64,000 nt of DNA from Selaginella moellendorffii (Eukaryota > Plantae > Lycopodiophyta): NCBI RefSeq assembly GCF_000143415.4, contig NW_003314308.1, positions 558,001-622,000 of the forward strand, written 5' to 3'. The stretch's first letter is position 1, and each line of letters starts with the position of its first letter. The notes under the pieces were generated by a model. That model saw only the letters and a list, made by a program, of their open reading frames with translations, was not told where the DNA came from and did no database searches. The position numbers and the translations under genes are program-made. This document shows positions 12,964 to 23,753 of the stretch, piece after piece.

Positions 12964-14527
12964 TTACTTGCGGAGAAGTGGAACCAATGCAAGTGGACGA
13001 GCCCGCATGAGCGTGAACCCGACCCCCTCGCCCACGTCCACCTCTTTACCATCTGGTGTTGTCCAGTTGAATCTGTAGAGAAGATTGGCAAGAACAAAAT
13101 GAACAGCAGTCATCCCCAAGTTCATCCCCGGGCAGGATCGCCGGCCAAAGCCAAACGTCATGAGTTCCACGGCCGCATTGAATTCGCTGCTCATCCTCTC
13201 CGGGATGAACTCCAGAGGATTCTCCCAGATGCTTGGATCCCGGCCGATGGCGTAGAGGTTGATCAACACTTGGGTCTTGGCTGGGATTGTGTAGCCAGCT
13301 TCTTCAAGCTTTCATACATGTCGATAAGAAATTAAGCGATCTAGCGAGGATCAAACCTTTTAAACTACTTACCTTACAGTCGGCAGTGGATTCGCGTGGA
13401 ACCATGAGTGGCGCCGGAGGGTGCTGGCGCAGTGTCTCCTTGACAATCGCGCCGAGGTACTTGAGCTTGGGAATGTCGGCCTCGCTCACTATGGCGCTAC
13501 TAGCAGGGATCACGTCGTCCAATTCCTTCTGGGCTTTTGCCAAGATTTGTGGATGAAGAAGTAGCTCCGTGAGAGCCCAGTCTATAGCTGTGGCAGTCGT
13601 GTGCAGCCCTGCACTCACAGCATCCTAGCAAGAACGGCCAACGAGTTAGTCAACACTCAAGTCAACCCCCAGTCTTACCAGCATGAGGCACCGGATGGTA
13701 AGATCTGACATGTTGTCGAGCGAGAGCAAGACGTCCAGGAAGCTCTCGCCGCCATGGCCTTGCTTGGCTATGGAGGATCGGTGCTCGTCAATGTGTGCTT
13801 GAAGCAAGGCATGGAAATTATCTGCTAAGGTCCTCAGCTTGGGCAGCGAGGGATCCATCCATTTTAGCGATGGGATGTAATCGCCGATGTGTAGGCTCCC
13901 GCCCAGCTCGTTCCCCTGGCGGATCAAGTGGAGGAAATCTTTGGCATCGAAGGTCCGGCTCGTCCCAAACACGAGCGTTTGCATGATCTCCAAGGTGAGG
14001 ACGGTGAGCTCCTGCGTCATGTTCACCGTTCTTCCCAGATTCTGGGAGAGCATCGCCAGGAACTTCTCCATCTCCACTTGCCTCACTGCCGCAAAGCTCC
14101 CCACGCGGCGCGCGGTGAAGAGCTCGAGCGTGCAGATCTTGCGGAGCTCCCTCCATCTCGCGCCATAGCGCGCGAAGACGAGATCGTCTGGGAGGATCGC
14201 CTCGGCAAACGTGAGCGATGGCCGCGAGGAGAAGGTCCTGTCGTGGGACTTGAGGATCTCTTGGGCGATCTTGGCTGACGAGATGACGATCGTGGGGGTG
14301 TAGCCCAGGCGGAGGTAGAAGATCGGGCCGAGCTTCTTGGCGAGATCGAAGAGGATGAGATGCGGCCCGCGGGAAGTGCTGGCCAGGAGTGGAATGTGGC
14401 CGAGGATTGGAAAGGCCCGGGGGCTTGGAGGCATGACATGGGAGCTGCGTGATTTAGATCGATCATAGTAGAAGATCACCAAGAAGAAAGAAGCCAAGAA
14501 GGCGAAAAAAACTGTGATGTGCTCCAT
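12964..14527 (-). CDS. Cytochrome P450, CYP71 clan (copy 2); exons 14527-13679, 13624-13373, 13308-12964
   Basis: Near-identical paralog of 8472-10035 with the same intron positions. I-helix AGLHTT, ETLR and FGFGRRSCPG are present. Confidence 0.95.
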
Positions 14528-15380
14528 GGAAGTTTGGAAATGTAGCGTGTCCTTATAAACACTTGAAAAGGTGGAATGTTTCTATGACGGAAACTTCTAT
14601 AAGCTGGAAGCGAGAAACAACCCTTCTACGTTTTGAAGTAAAATTAAACACCCTTTTCTGGTTTTATTTCGATCTAAAAAAATGCAAGGTTTCAAAATTG
14701 AAGGCCCATCTCGTGCGTCTGTGCCTTATTCAAGTATCATGAGGCTTCACCCCATCTTCCTGCTACTCCTCCTCGTCTTCAATTCTTCGTGTAAATCGTA
14801 AATCGCATCATATTCCTCCTAGATTCTGGAAAGATGCTTTTAAACCTTTTTGGACCGGAATAACGTAAAGAGCTAGAGCTATGCTAAATTTTGAGGTCAC
14901 TTTTATTGAAAGTACATGGTCAACACACCAGTTAATTCAGGAACATCAGTTGTTCAGCATTAGAGACTGATTTTGGTACGCATGATTTGAATTTGTGCAT
15001 TCCAATCCAGTACCTGATGGGTCAGCTTTTGTAAACTTTGTAATTTAAAGCTGTGAAATAGAGGACGTCCATTCCTAGTCAAATTTTATGACCTGATAGA
15101 CAAGGTTTTCCCTTTTGTTGTGAAAGACTTCTACCTTTATATGTTGTTGTTTTGGATACGTTCAATTGGGAGACCAATGTACCTATTGTACTAATTTCGT
15201 TAAAATCAAGTTCTAGCAAAGCCGAGTCTCAATAAAGGAAGAAGAAAGAAATGAAAGTTCCATCTCTCATCCAATCCAACCTTCTTAACATGGGAGTCCA
15301 CGATCACAGCTTGGCATGGCTTGCGAGCGCAACGCACAAAGACCATAGCCCATTCCCTCGAATCGTTACCGCCATCACCG

Positions 15381-17945
15381 TCAGCCACAGCAGCCGCCTT
15401 GCCAAAGCTCCAGAAAGATCTCCATGAATGAATCCCCGAAACTCTTCGTCCATCTCTCGCAAAGGATTAGCTCTTCGTCCATCTCTCGCAAAGGATTAGC
15501 ACTGCCGTTTTGAGCCTGGTCTTCACGAGTTTCTGTGAGTGAGGAGCACTCGTCTGCTTCCTGTACCCCTTGATACCTTGAATCCCTGGCACTGCCGTTG
15601 GACGCCCGGTCCGGCACGCCTGGCGATTGTGCGTCTTCTGGACTGATGGAAAGAACTTCATCTCTGGAGTTGGCCTCTGAGAGCTGTTCCGGAGCTGCTG
15701 TAGCGTCGGAGAACTCGGTCACGGTTTCACTCAATCGTGAGTTCTCTTCTTTGCTAGCCTGTGAATCCCATGAGTGAAGCAGTGCTTCGCCTGGACCATC
15801 CGGATGCTGGTCTTCCATGTCATCTGCTGCTTCTAAGCCAGCTGATTTGCCTTCTCGTTGTTTGCCTGTGTTGTCTATGATCGAAGCAGGCTCCAAGTTC
15901 TCTCCCATTTCTTCACTTTCTTCTTCTTCGGCGTCTAAGTTCGCCTTCCCACGAACTGGTTCATCTGGTGCTGCGCTTTCAGTACTCGCCGGTTGGATAT
16001 CAGCTTCTTCTGTGCTGGAACCTGGCTGCAAGCACGCATCTTTCTTTAGCTCACCAGCCTTTGCTTCTTGTTCTTCCGAACTCTCTGTGCTTGAAGCTGA
16101 TTCCGAGAAGCTCTGGGCTCTCAAAAACTCCAGCATTCCAGTGTTATTCGGCTCCAGCTCCATGACAATCTCGGCAGCGCGACGAGCTCCTTCCACGTCT
16201 CCATGAGTCTTACACGCGCCAAAAAACGCCGTCCACATCGCAGCATCGGCCTGGAACGGCATGGTCTTGATCATCTCTTCTGCCTCACGCAGCCATCCCG
16301 CACGGCCTAGGAGATCCACCATGCAACCATAGTGCTGCAAAGTTGGCCTGACCCCGAAATAGTCGTGCATAGTCGCAAAGTTGTTGCATCCTTCCTCCAC
16401 CAGTCCAGCATGAGCGCAAGCCGATAGTACTCCCACAAGAGTGATGTTGTTCGGCTTCTCCCCAAGCTGCTTCATCCGGTAGAAAAGCTTGAGAGCCTCA
16501 TCCCAGAGGCCGTGCTGTGCACAAGCTGTGATCATCGCGTTCCACGTACTGGCCTCCCTCACGAGCATCTTGTCAAACATCCTCCCGGCTTCCACCAGTT
16601 CTCCACACCTTCCATACATGGTTACGATCGAGTTCGCAACCACGGGATCACTGTCAAACCCACTCTCCACGATCAAAGCGTGAACTGCTCTGCCTTCCTC
16701 AAGAGTAGAATAGCTGGCACAAGAGTTCATCACTGTCGCAAATGTCATCTCATTGGGCCTGATGCCTTGTAGCTGCATTGCTCTGAAGAGATGGAGGGCT
16801 TCGCTGCGACCGTTTTGTGCGTAAGTTGCCATCATCGCAGTCCAAAAAACGACGCTGGTATGTGAGCTCGAGAACTCGTCGAAGACAGCCTTGGCCTCTT
16901 CGACGCTACCGCATTTCCCGTACATGTTGATCAGACTAGTTCCCACCGAAACATCTTCGTAGAAACCACTGCGACGGACACAGCCGTGGATGAACCTTCC
17001 TTCGTCCAGCACCATCCCGCTAGCGCAAGCGTTGATGAGAGCAACGCAAGCAATGCAATCGGGCTTGAGTCCTTCCACGAGCATCCTTCTGAAGAGCTTC
17101 ACGGCCTCTTTTCCCGTCCCATCCTGTCCATGACTCATGATCATCGTCGTCCACGACACCACATCCCGCTGCTTCATAGCCTCAAAGACGGTGCTCGCAT
17201 CCTCAAGCGATCCACACGCAATGTACATCTTGAGCAAAGCGTTGGCCACTGCTACGTCTGACTCTAGTCCCTGCTCGACTATCCTTTTGTGGACGACCCT
17301 CCCATCAGGCAGCTTCTCCCGGCTCGAGCAAGCTCCAAGAAGCGTTAAAAACGTCACCTTGTTTGGCATCACCCCTTCCACTCTCATCCGCTTGTACAGC
17401 TCAAGAGCAGCGTCGGACTGTCCCAGTCGCGCGTGAGCACCGATCATCTCCGTCCAAAGTATGACATCCCTGCGTTTCATGCTGAAGAACAGTCTCTTGG
17501 CGTCGGCCAGTCCAGAGGCTCCCCTACACCTGAGATACATCCGGATCAAACTATACCGCACGTACAAGTCCTTGTCCATGCCTCTTTTCTCGATGTGTGC
17601 GTGGACTCTCCTCCCTTCTTCCAGTGCCTTGAGCTCGCCACAGGCACGCAAGAGCTGTCCGTAGCTAGTGGCGCTCACCGTCTCAGCGAGCTCTAACTTG
17701 CTGACTGCCTCGGATAGCTTCCTCTTATCAAAGCTCTCCGGAGAGGTCGAGCTCGTCGAAGCAGACACTACAGAGCATCGGCTGCTCTTCTTGCGGAGTG
17801 TCAAAAACTCGTTTCTCAGAGGAGTGCTCGAGATATCCTTACAGCCCAGCTTCTTCCGAGACTGCCCTCTTGACGAAGAACTGCTGCCGGCAACGCTACA
17901 TTTCCCCCACGTACCTGCGTTGTCCACCGCCATAGCCATGAGCAT
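15381..17945 (-). CDS. PLS-class PPR protein with E domain, putative plastid transit peptide and acidic C-terminal extension (854 aa, intronless)
   Basis: Ser/Arg-rich N-terminus followed by repeated PLS motifs (DVVSWTTMI, SLINMYGKCGSVEEAKAVFD). E-domain signature HYGCMVDLLGRAGWL...MPFQADAAMWTAFFGACKTHGDVE. No DYW domain. Confidence 0.93.
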   Translation of the reverse strand: MLMAMAVDNAGTWGKCSVAGSSSSSRGQSRKKLGCKDISSTPLRNEFLTLRKKSSRCSVVSASTSSTSPESFDKRKLSEAVSKLELAETVSATSYGQLLRACGELKALEEGRRVHAHIEKRGMDKDLYVRYSLIRMYLRCRGASGLADAKRLFFSMKRRDVILWTEMIGAHARLGQSDAALELYKRMRVEGVMPNKVTFLTLLGACSSREKLPDGRVVHKRIVEQGLESDVAVANALLKMYIACGSLEDASTVFEAMKQRDVVSWTTMIMSHGQDGTGKEAVKLFRRMLVEGLKPDCIACVALINACASGMVLDEGRFIHGCVRRSGFYEDVSVGTSLINMYGKCGSVEEAKAVFDEFSSSHTSVVFWTAMMATYAQNGRSEALHLFRAMQLQGIRPNEMTFATVMNSCASYSTLEEGRAVHALIVESGFDSDPVVANSIVTMYGRCGELVEAGRMFDKMLVREASTWNAMITACAQHGLWDEALKLFYRMKQLGEKPNNITLVGVLSACAHAGLVEEGCNNFATMHDYFGVRPTLQHYGCMVDLLGRAGWLREAEEMIKTMPFQADAAMWTAFFGACKTHGDVEGARRAAEIVMELEPNNTGMLEFLRAQSFSESASSTESSEEQEAKAGELKKDACLQPGSSTEEADIQPASTESAAPDEPVRGKANLDAEEEESEEMGENLEPASIIDNTGKQREGKSAGLEAADDMEDQHPDGPGEALLHSWDSQASKEENSRLSETVTEFSDATAAPEQLSEANSRDEVLSISPEDAQSPGVPDRASNGSARDSRYQGVQEADECSSLTETREDQAQNGSANPLREMDEELILCERWTKSFGDSFMEIFLELWQGGCCG

Positions 17946-18206
17946 CCTCTATCTACAAAACCCTACTAAGCTCCTCTAAAACCCCGAAGGCAACAGCATA
18001 TGCCGTAACGGTCAACTGGTTGTCTTGGAGCCCAGTAAACAAAATCACTGCACACAGCATCAAACGTTACTGCCCAACGAAAGATTTTTACACCGAAAGA
18101 TTAAGTTACCTGGATTTCTTCAGTGTCAAAATCAGTCTCGCTCCTACATTAAGTAGAATGGTTTAGTATTTGGAGAACAAGGACAAAACGACGATTTTAA
18201 CTCACC

Positions 18207-19673
18207 TTAGAACACTTGTCTGATATTTATGTTTATCCGGGACTGTTGAATGTAGTCCAGAATTGCAACGTTTTCTTTGATCTCGCCCATTGCAAGAGCT
18301 GAGAAATCTGGCAGGTCGGACTCTTTGCAACCTGTAAATATCCTTGGCACGCCTGCGTGTTAAGTCATAACATCGCGATGGTTTATCTCGAAACACCAAA
18401 GAGACTACATACCATGAAAGCAGCGTCTGGAAGGACCAGCCATGAGGACACAGTCTCCACTCCGCAAGAACATTGCCACGGGTGGATCGTCACGAGTTTC
18501 GCCTCCAAGCAAGAAGATTGCCTTACAACCCAGGCTATTGAAGCTCAAAGTGTGAGAGTTTTACAAGAAAAAAGGAATAGAGAGAGAGCACCTGATGCTC
18601 ACGATTGGTTTGCTCCAGTCCGCTTCCATATCGTCTATATGACCTCCCAACATATCATCTAGATCGCACTAAGTCAATATCTCGGATACGCAAAGAAAAG
18701 CATACCTGGACCAAAGAAATTAACAATAGCAGCCTCGGCACGAAACTGGTCACCATTCATCGCTGGTGATGCCAACTTAGTTGCCAGTTCTGAAAGCGCC
18801 GGTGGAAAACTTCGATATGGAATGGAAATATCGTAAGCTCGCTGCAAGAGCAGAAATAAAAAAGAAAGCTCGTAAGAAGCACGCAAAGAAGATCCTGAAA
18901 AGCTCGACTCACTTTGGACCAGTCGAACTGGACTCCCAGAGTTGCCCACCGCAGCTTACGAAGAAGTGCTGTCGCCGAAACCACTCCTTCCTGTTTTCTC
19001 TCGTCTCCCGGATCCGCAAACTCCCACTTCCTTACAAACAAATCTCCGTTTTCCTCACGGCTACTTTCGAGCGTGCGAGGCCTGATCGAAGATTCATGCT
19101 CGTCATTCTTGTCCTCTCGGCAGGCACTGAGAGATCCCGAGCACAGCTGAGCTGATATGTCCACAGGCCCGGTTGGAGAAAGCACTCTCTTTTTGGTGGC
19201 AGAAGACCACAAGCCAAACAAAGGACCATAGTGAGCACTGTGACTTGTCCGATTTGGAGGCTCGGGAAAAACCGTGAGTGCCTCGCGAATCCAGTGGAAC
19301 TGCTGGTCGTGCGGCACAGCTCGAGGAATAAAGAAGAATCCTATAGAACATAGAACATAGAACATAGAGAAAGAAGTAATCCATAATCACGTACCTGTGT
19401 GGCCTTCCAGCGCATAAACAGGAAAATCCGAATGATCGAGTCGCGTAACACCATCGCCATCGCGAATCCTCTCGAAGTCGATGACCTGAGAGAGATCCGT
19501 GACTGGGATCTCCATTCTGGATCGACAACTCGTGAAATCGAGCTGGAATTTCTTCGCTAGTCTTACCTGCTGTGCTTGTGCGTCGTGGATTGCTTGTAGA
19601 GCTTGTATTTCTTCTCGGCGCGCCGGAACGCCGTGCGCCCGCCATCGCCGGCTTGGGCATCCAGGTAGCCCAT
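18207..19673 (-). CDS. ALKBH1: AlkB homolog 1 (Fe(II)/2-oxoglutarate dioxygenase), multi-exon
   Basis: Starts MGYLDAQAGDGGRTAFRRAEKKYKLYK. Contains EPPNRT, LRKLRWATLGVQFDWSK, EAAIVNFF, LGGHIDDME (HxD), LRSGD...CFHG and terminal SRININIRQVF*. Confidence 0.9.
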
Positions 19674-19737
19674 TTCTTAGGGCTTTTGCTCGAAAAAGAT
19701 TCGAGCGAATATGCTACATATGAAAACATGGGGGCTT

Positions 19738-21023
19738 TCATGCAATTTCTTGTTCGAACAGGTTGTTTGCCTGATTCAACTGTTGCTGGAGTATTTGGAG
19801 CTCGCGATTGAGGTGCAAGATTTTCGCATCTTTGTGCTCGAGCGCCGCGCGAATTCGCTGATCCAAAAGATCCATCTCTTTCACCTGGAATCGCAAGCAA
19901 GCACTCTAAGCACGCAGCGAATCAATATCCCGGAAGAACTACTCGAACCTTTTGAGCTTTGTACTCCTGGAACTCGGAACTTAGCTGGAGCTTCTCTTCT
20001 TTGATCTTCGATCCTTCCTTCTCCATGGATGACTCTGGAAAATGTGAAAGCATCAGTTTCTCTACTTGGTTTGCTGAATCGTAGAAACTCACTCAAGGAT
20101 TCTAGCTCGCACTCGTGTGACTCGGTGACGCTTTGGATTTTGATGTTCCATTGCTTCTCCTGGAAGAGTAAAGCTATGAAGAAAACTGATCAACGTTTTA
20201 AAAGCTTCAGTGAGACCTGTTCGCGGTACATGCGACGAAACTCGTCCTTGGCCGATCTCGATTCCAGCTCCAAAAGCATGATCCGCTCCCTCAGCTGGGA
20301 GTTCTCGTCCATTACTCGCTTGAGCTGTTCTTCGATAACTTTCTTGGCCACGCTTTTCTGAAAAGAAGATACAAGTTATTCCCAAGATTTTGTGAGCAAG
20401 AGAGAAGTTGATTCACCTCATCGTTGTTTCGTTCCAAGCGAGAAATGGTGGAATCGTAGCTGGCTATAAGATCACGCTCACGCTGGAGCTGCTCCACCTC
20501 GAGATCTTTATATCTACTTCTTAGTTTCTCTTGCTCGTCCAAGAAATCCTGCGAGAAAGCTAAGACACACAAATTGAGAGCCGAAGAACACGAAGAACGG
20601 AAGGAAAATACCTGCTCAGCAGCAGATACACGCTCGCAGAATTGACATTCCATCCTTCGTACGTTCTCTTTAAGAAGGTAAAAGTTGTCCTCTCCTTTCT
20701 TGATCTTCTTCTCGCATTTCGCCCTGAAAACCTCAAGGTGCTTGGATCGCTCCAGCACCCGGCCCTGGAGCCTCAAAAACTCCTCCTGCCTCGCCTGCAT
20801 TGCAAGTGGAAATCACGCCAAGCCACACACCAACAGAGAGGAGAGAATGCTCTCACACCTCCTCGAGAAGATCAAACTGGAGCTGCAGTAGCTGCATCGA
20901 GGCGCTGGGAGGCGCGGCCGCCGGCATTGGAAGAGCCAGGCGCGGCGAAGCTTTAGCTCTCACCTGGGATTTCAGCTCCTGGATGGAGCATTTGAGCTCC
21001 TGGTAGCGCTGCGCGTCCACCAT
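19738..21023 (-). CDS. Multi-exon coiled-coil protein, possibly CEP131/AZI1-like
   Basis: Heptad-rich exons with short GT-AG introns (MVDAQRYQELK, DFLDEQEKLRSRYKDLEVEQLQRE, KKVIEEQLKRVMDENSQLRERI). Last exon reads EMDLLDQRIRAALEHKDAKILHLNRELQ...EQEIA*. Family assignment is tentative. Confidence 0.7.
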
Positions 21024-21249
21024 TAAGACAGTTACCCTAAAATTCCAACGGTTATACTTTTAAAGGAATTTGGTAAAATTTGACGAAGTAAATTACATTT
21101 TTTAAATGACTTTTTACATTTTTATTAATAAATATTTGATTACTTTACAAATATTTCTTGGTGATTAAAAAAAAATATAAAAACAAAATATACTACCGAA
21201 ATTGACATATATATAATTTTACATGTCAAAAAAAAGAAAAAAACATAAC

Positions 21250-23753
21250 TCACTCCATCGATCTTCCTTGCTGGTTAGGATCGTATGCGTCGGCGGCGGG
21301 GTTGTGCCTTCCATACGTGGGTTTTATCATCTCTACATTGCGCTGCTCCACGCTTGGGCTGTACTCCGGGAGCTTTGGACTCAAGAGCGTGTCGTTGGGG
21401 AGAGTGAAAACGTTTGGAACCTTTTCGATGTTTCTCATGTATCTGGCTGTTGATCTTACGTGCCTGGCGCCACCCTCGTTTTCTAGCTCGATTTCGGCAA
21501 TTGGCGGCGGTGGCGGGCTTTCACGGTGGTGGTGGTGGAAGGTCTCCTGACCGTCGTTTGATCCCGCGTGTGAGCTTCCTTCTTTTGCTCGGTGTTTCGC
21601 AACTTTCTTCCAGTGGTGGAGGGATTCCACGACGTTGTCTTGGAAGATCGCCTTCTTGTAGTTAGATCCCATCTGGAAAACCGTAGAAAAGATTGAGGTT
21701 TTGTTTCTCTTCGTCTCCGTAAAGAGAGAGTACCTGAGTGACAAGAGCGTAGAGTGGCAAGGTGCTGTAGCTACAAAGAACTTGGACCAAGAATCTAGCA
21801 AAGTTACCGAGTATGAAAACAAAGTTCGTGAAACAACTCTAGAAACTTTACCCCGTGATGACACGAATGTAAGCAAATGATTTCTTGCTCATAAAGCATG
21901 AATCCCATCCGAATTGCCACTGGAATCACTCACACCCCGAGCGTTGAACAATGTCTTGAGAAAAAAACAGGACTTACCCAGATCCAGAAGAAAGTTGCGA
22001 GCTCGAAAGCATCTTGGAAGAGGATGAAGTGGATCAAATGCATCATCAACTGTGGCCTTCTAAACCAAAAGAGTGAATCGCGCGGTCTCAGATGAACACC
22101 ATCCAAAGGTCCCGAGAGTCCCGAGTTTTCGAGAGCGAGCTGGGCGATAATTCGCTGGAGTTTAGCTCCGACAATCAACACCATCTGGATCAAGGAAAAA
22201 AAAAATCAGTCTTTTAAGATTTACTGGAGCTTCCATCCATGGAGAGGATCTTACCACTATCGGAAGAAACGACATCCAAAAGTATAAGTTGGATCCATCG
22301 ACGTTGAAGAGCATGAAGAGAACAACGAAGACCCAGAACAAAGGACTGCATCGTTCATCATGTAAACAACTTCAGTTTACGATCAAAAAGTGTCAAATGC
22401 TTACCTTATTCCCACGATTTCCTTGAACTCGTCCTCCATCGATCGAATCATGTAGCTGTGAAAATCATATTTTGGTCCCGTGGAGTGTTTCTGCGAGGCA
22501 AGTCAGTGTGATTTAGTTTGAAGATCTTCCAAGAGTTTTACTAGGCTCGTTCAACTTACAGTGACGAATCCCAGCCTCAGCGCGAGGTAATCCGGGCGAG
22601 TAACAGACTGCCCGAACTGGCGGAAGAAACAAATCTGCGCAGTCACGCGAATAACTTAGATCCTGACGAAGTTTTGGAAACTAGCTACGAAGGATATAAT
22701 ATGCTCACCACCCAGATGATGACGGGATTGCGACTACCAGGTGTTGATGCGTGGTGTTGGACGAAAGTCGATTGCCTTTTCATTGTCAAGTTCCTGCAAA
22801 ATTCTGGGTGGCAAAAACAGAAGGAGAAGTTTGTAAGCCTTTGTGATCACTCTCGGTCGGTCAAAACAAGAATTACCTGCCATGTTTTGCTGGTTGTCGA
22901 CATGACTATGGGCTTCGTCTTCCCAGCGCCTCCAGCTATAAACCTGCTCGCGAGAATTCAAAGAGATTTAGAAGTTTCTGATGAGATCATGCAATTTCTC
23001 TGTCAAAGCGTTTTGGAACACCAACCTTGACAACTGCGAGAAGCATGGTGAGACACGAGTAGAAGACGTGTGTGCATCCCATCACGAAGAGAAAACGGTG
23101 CAGCTGCTCGAGGCCAAGAAAAGAGATGAATGGCTCTTTTCCCTGTAGCAAGGAAGAACTAAGCACAAAAACCAACAAGAAAAAAATGTTCTTGGGATCG
23201 TACCTCTGCGCAGGAGTTCCCTGCGCCAGCCAATGATCGTCGTGGCAACCCGACTTGATCCATAAAGTACTCGGACAATTTCCTGTTGATAAGAAAGTGC
23301 TCGGGTTCAGTGGTTCCTGCAGCTTCTGCTGCGCTGCAAGGCATGAGATGCCCATCGAAGAAGGTCGTCCTGACACAGACTTTGCTGATCGATTCCGCCG
23401 TGACAGTGATGAGCAGAGATATGAATCCCAGCAGCATAAGCTCTGGCACAAATCCAAGTTTTTAGTGTCTCTTCAGAGGGAAAAATCCTTCTTTTACCTT
23501 CTTTCATCTTCTCTAGAGCCTCGTAAAGAGGCTTTCTCTTTGTCTTTGACAGCCACTATGAAACGAACACAAAAGTAAATAAATCGGGGCTAGAGCTTAT
23601 CCTGAAAGAGCAGAGAGAGAGACTTACATGGCCAAGGTAGTGAAGAGTTCTCTCGCCAATTAGCGAGACAACCACAAACATCGTGCAAATGACCGCCACA
23701 GCCCATGTCGGAGTTTGCTCTAGTGTTCTTCCCGCTGGAGCACCGCCTGCCAT
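21250..23753 (-). CDS. MLO: MLO seven-transmembrane protein (resembles the MLO4/11/14 clade)
   Basis: RTLEQTPTWAVA, ELMLLGFISLLI, EQLHRFLFVMGCTHVFYSCLT, LRPRDSLFWFRRP, FILFQDAFELATFFW and TLPLYALVTQMGS, followed by the CaM-binding segment LHHWKKVAK. Many introns of about 55 bp. Confidence 0.95.

Noticed and set aside
8472-19673. P450 pair plus a 2-oxoglutarate dioxygenase as a biosynthetic gene cluster
   Set aside because: The dioxygenase is the nucleic-acid enzyme ALKBH1, and no scaffold-forming enzyme is present in the window.
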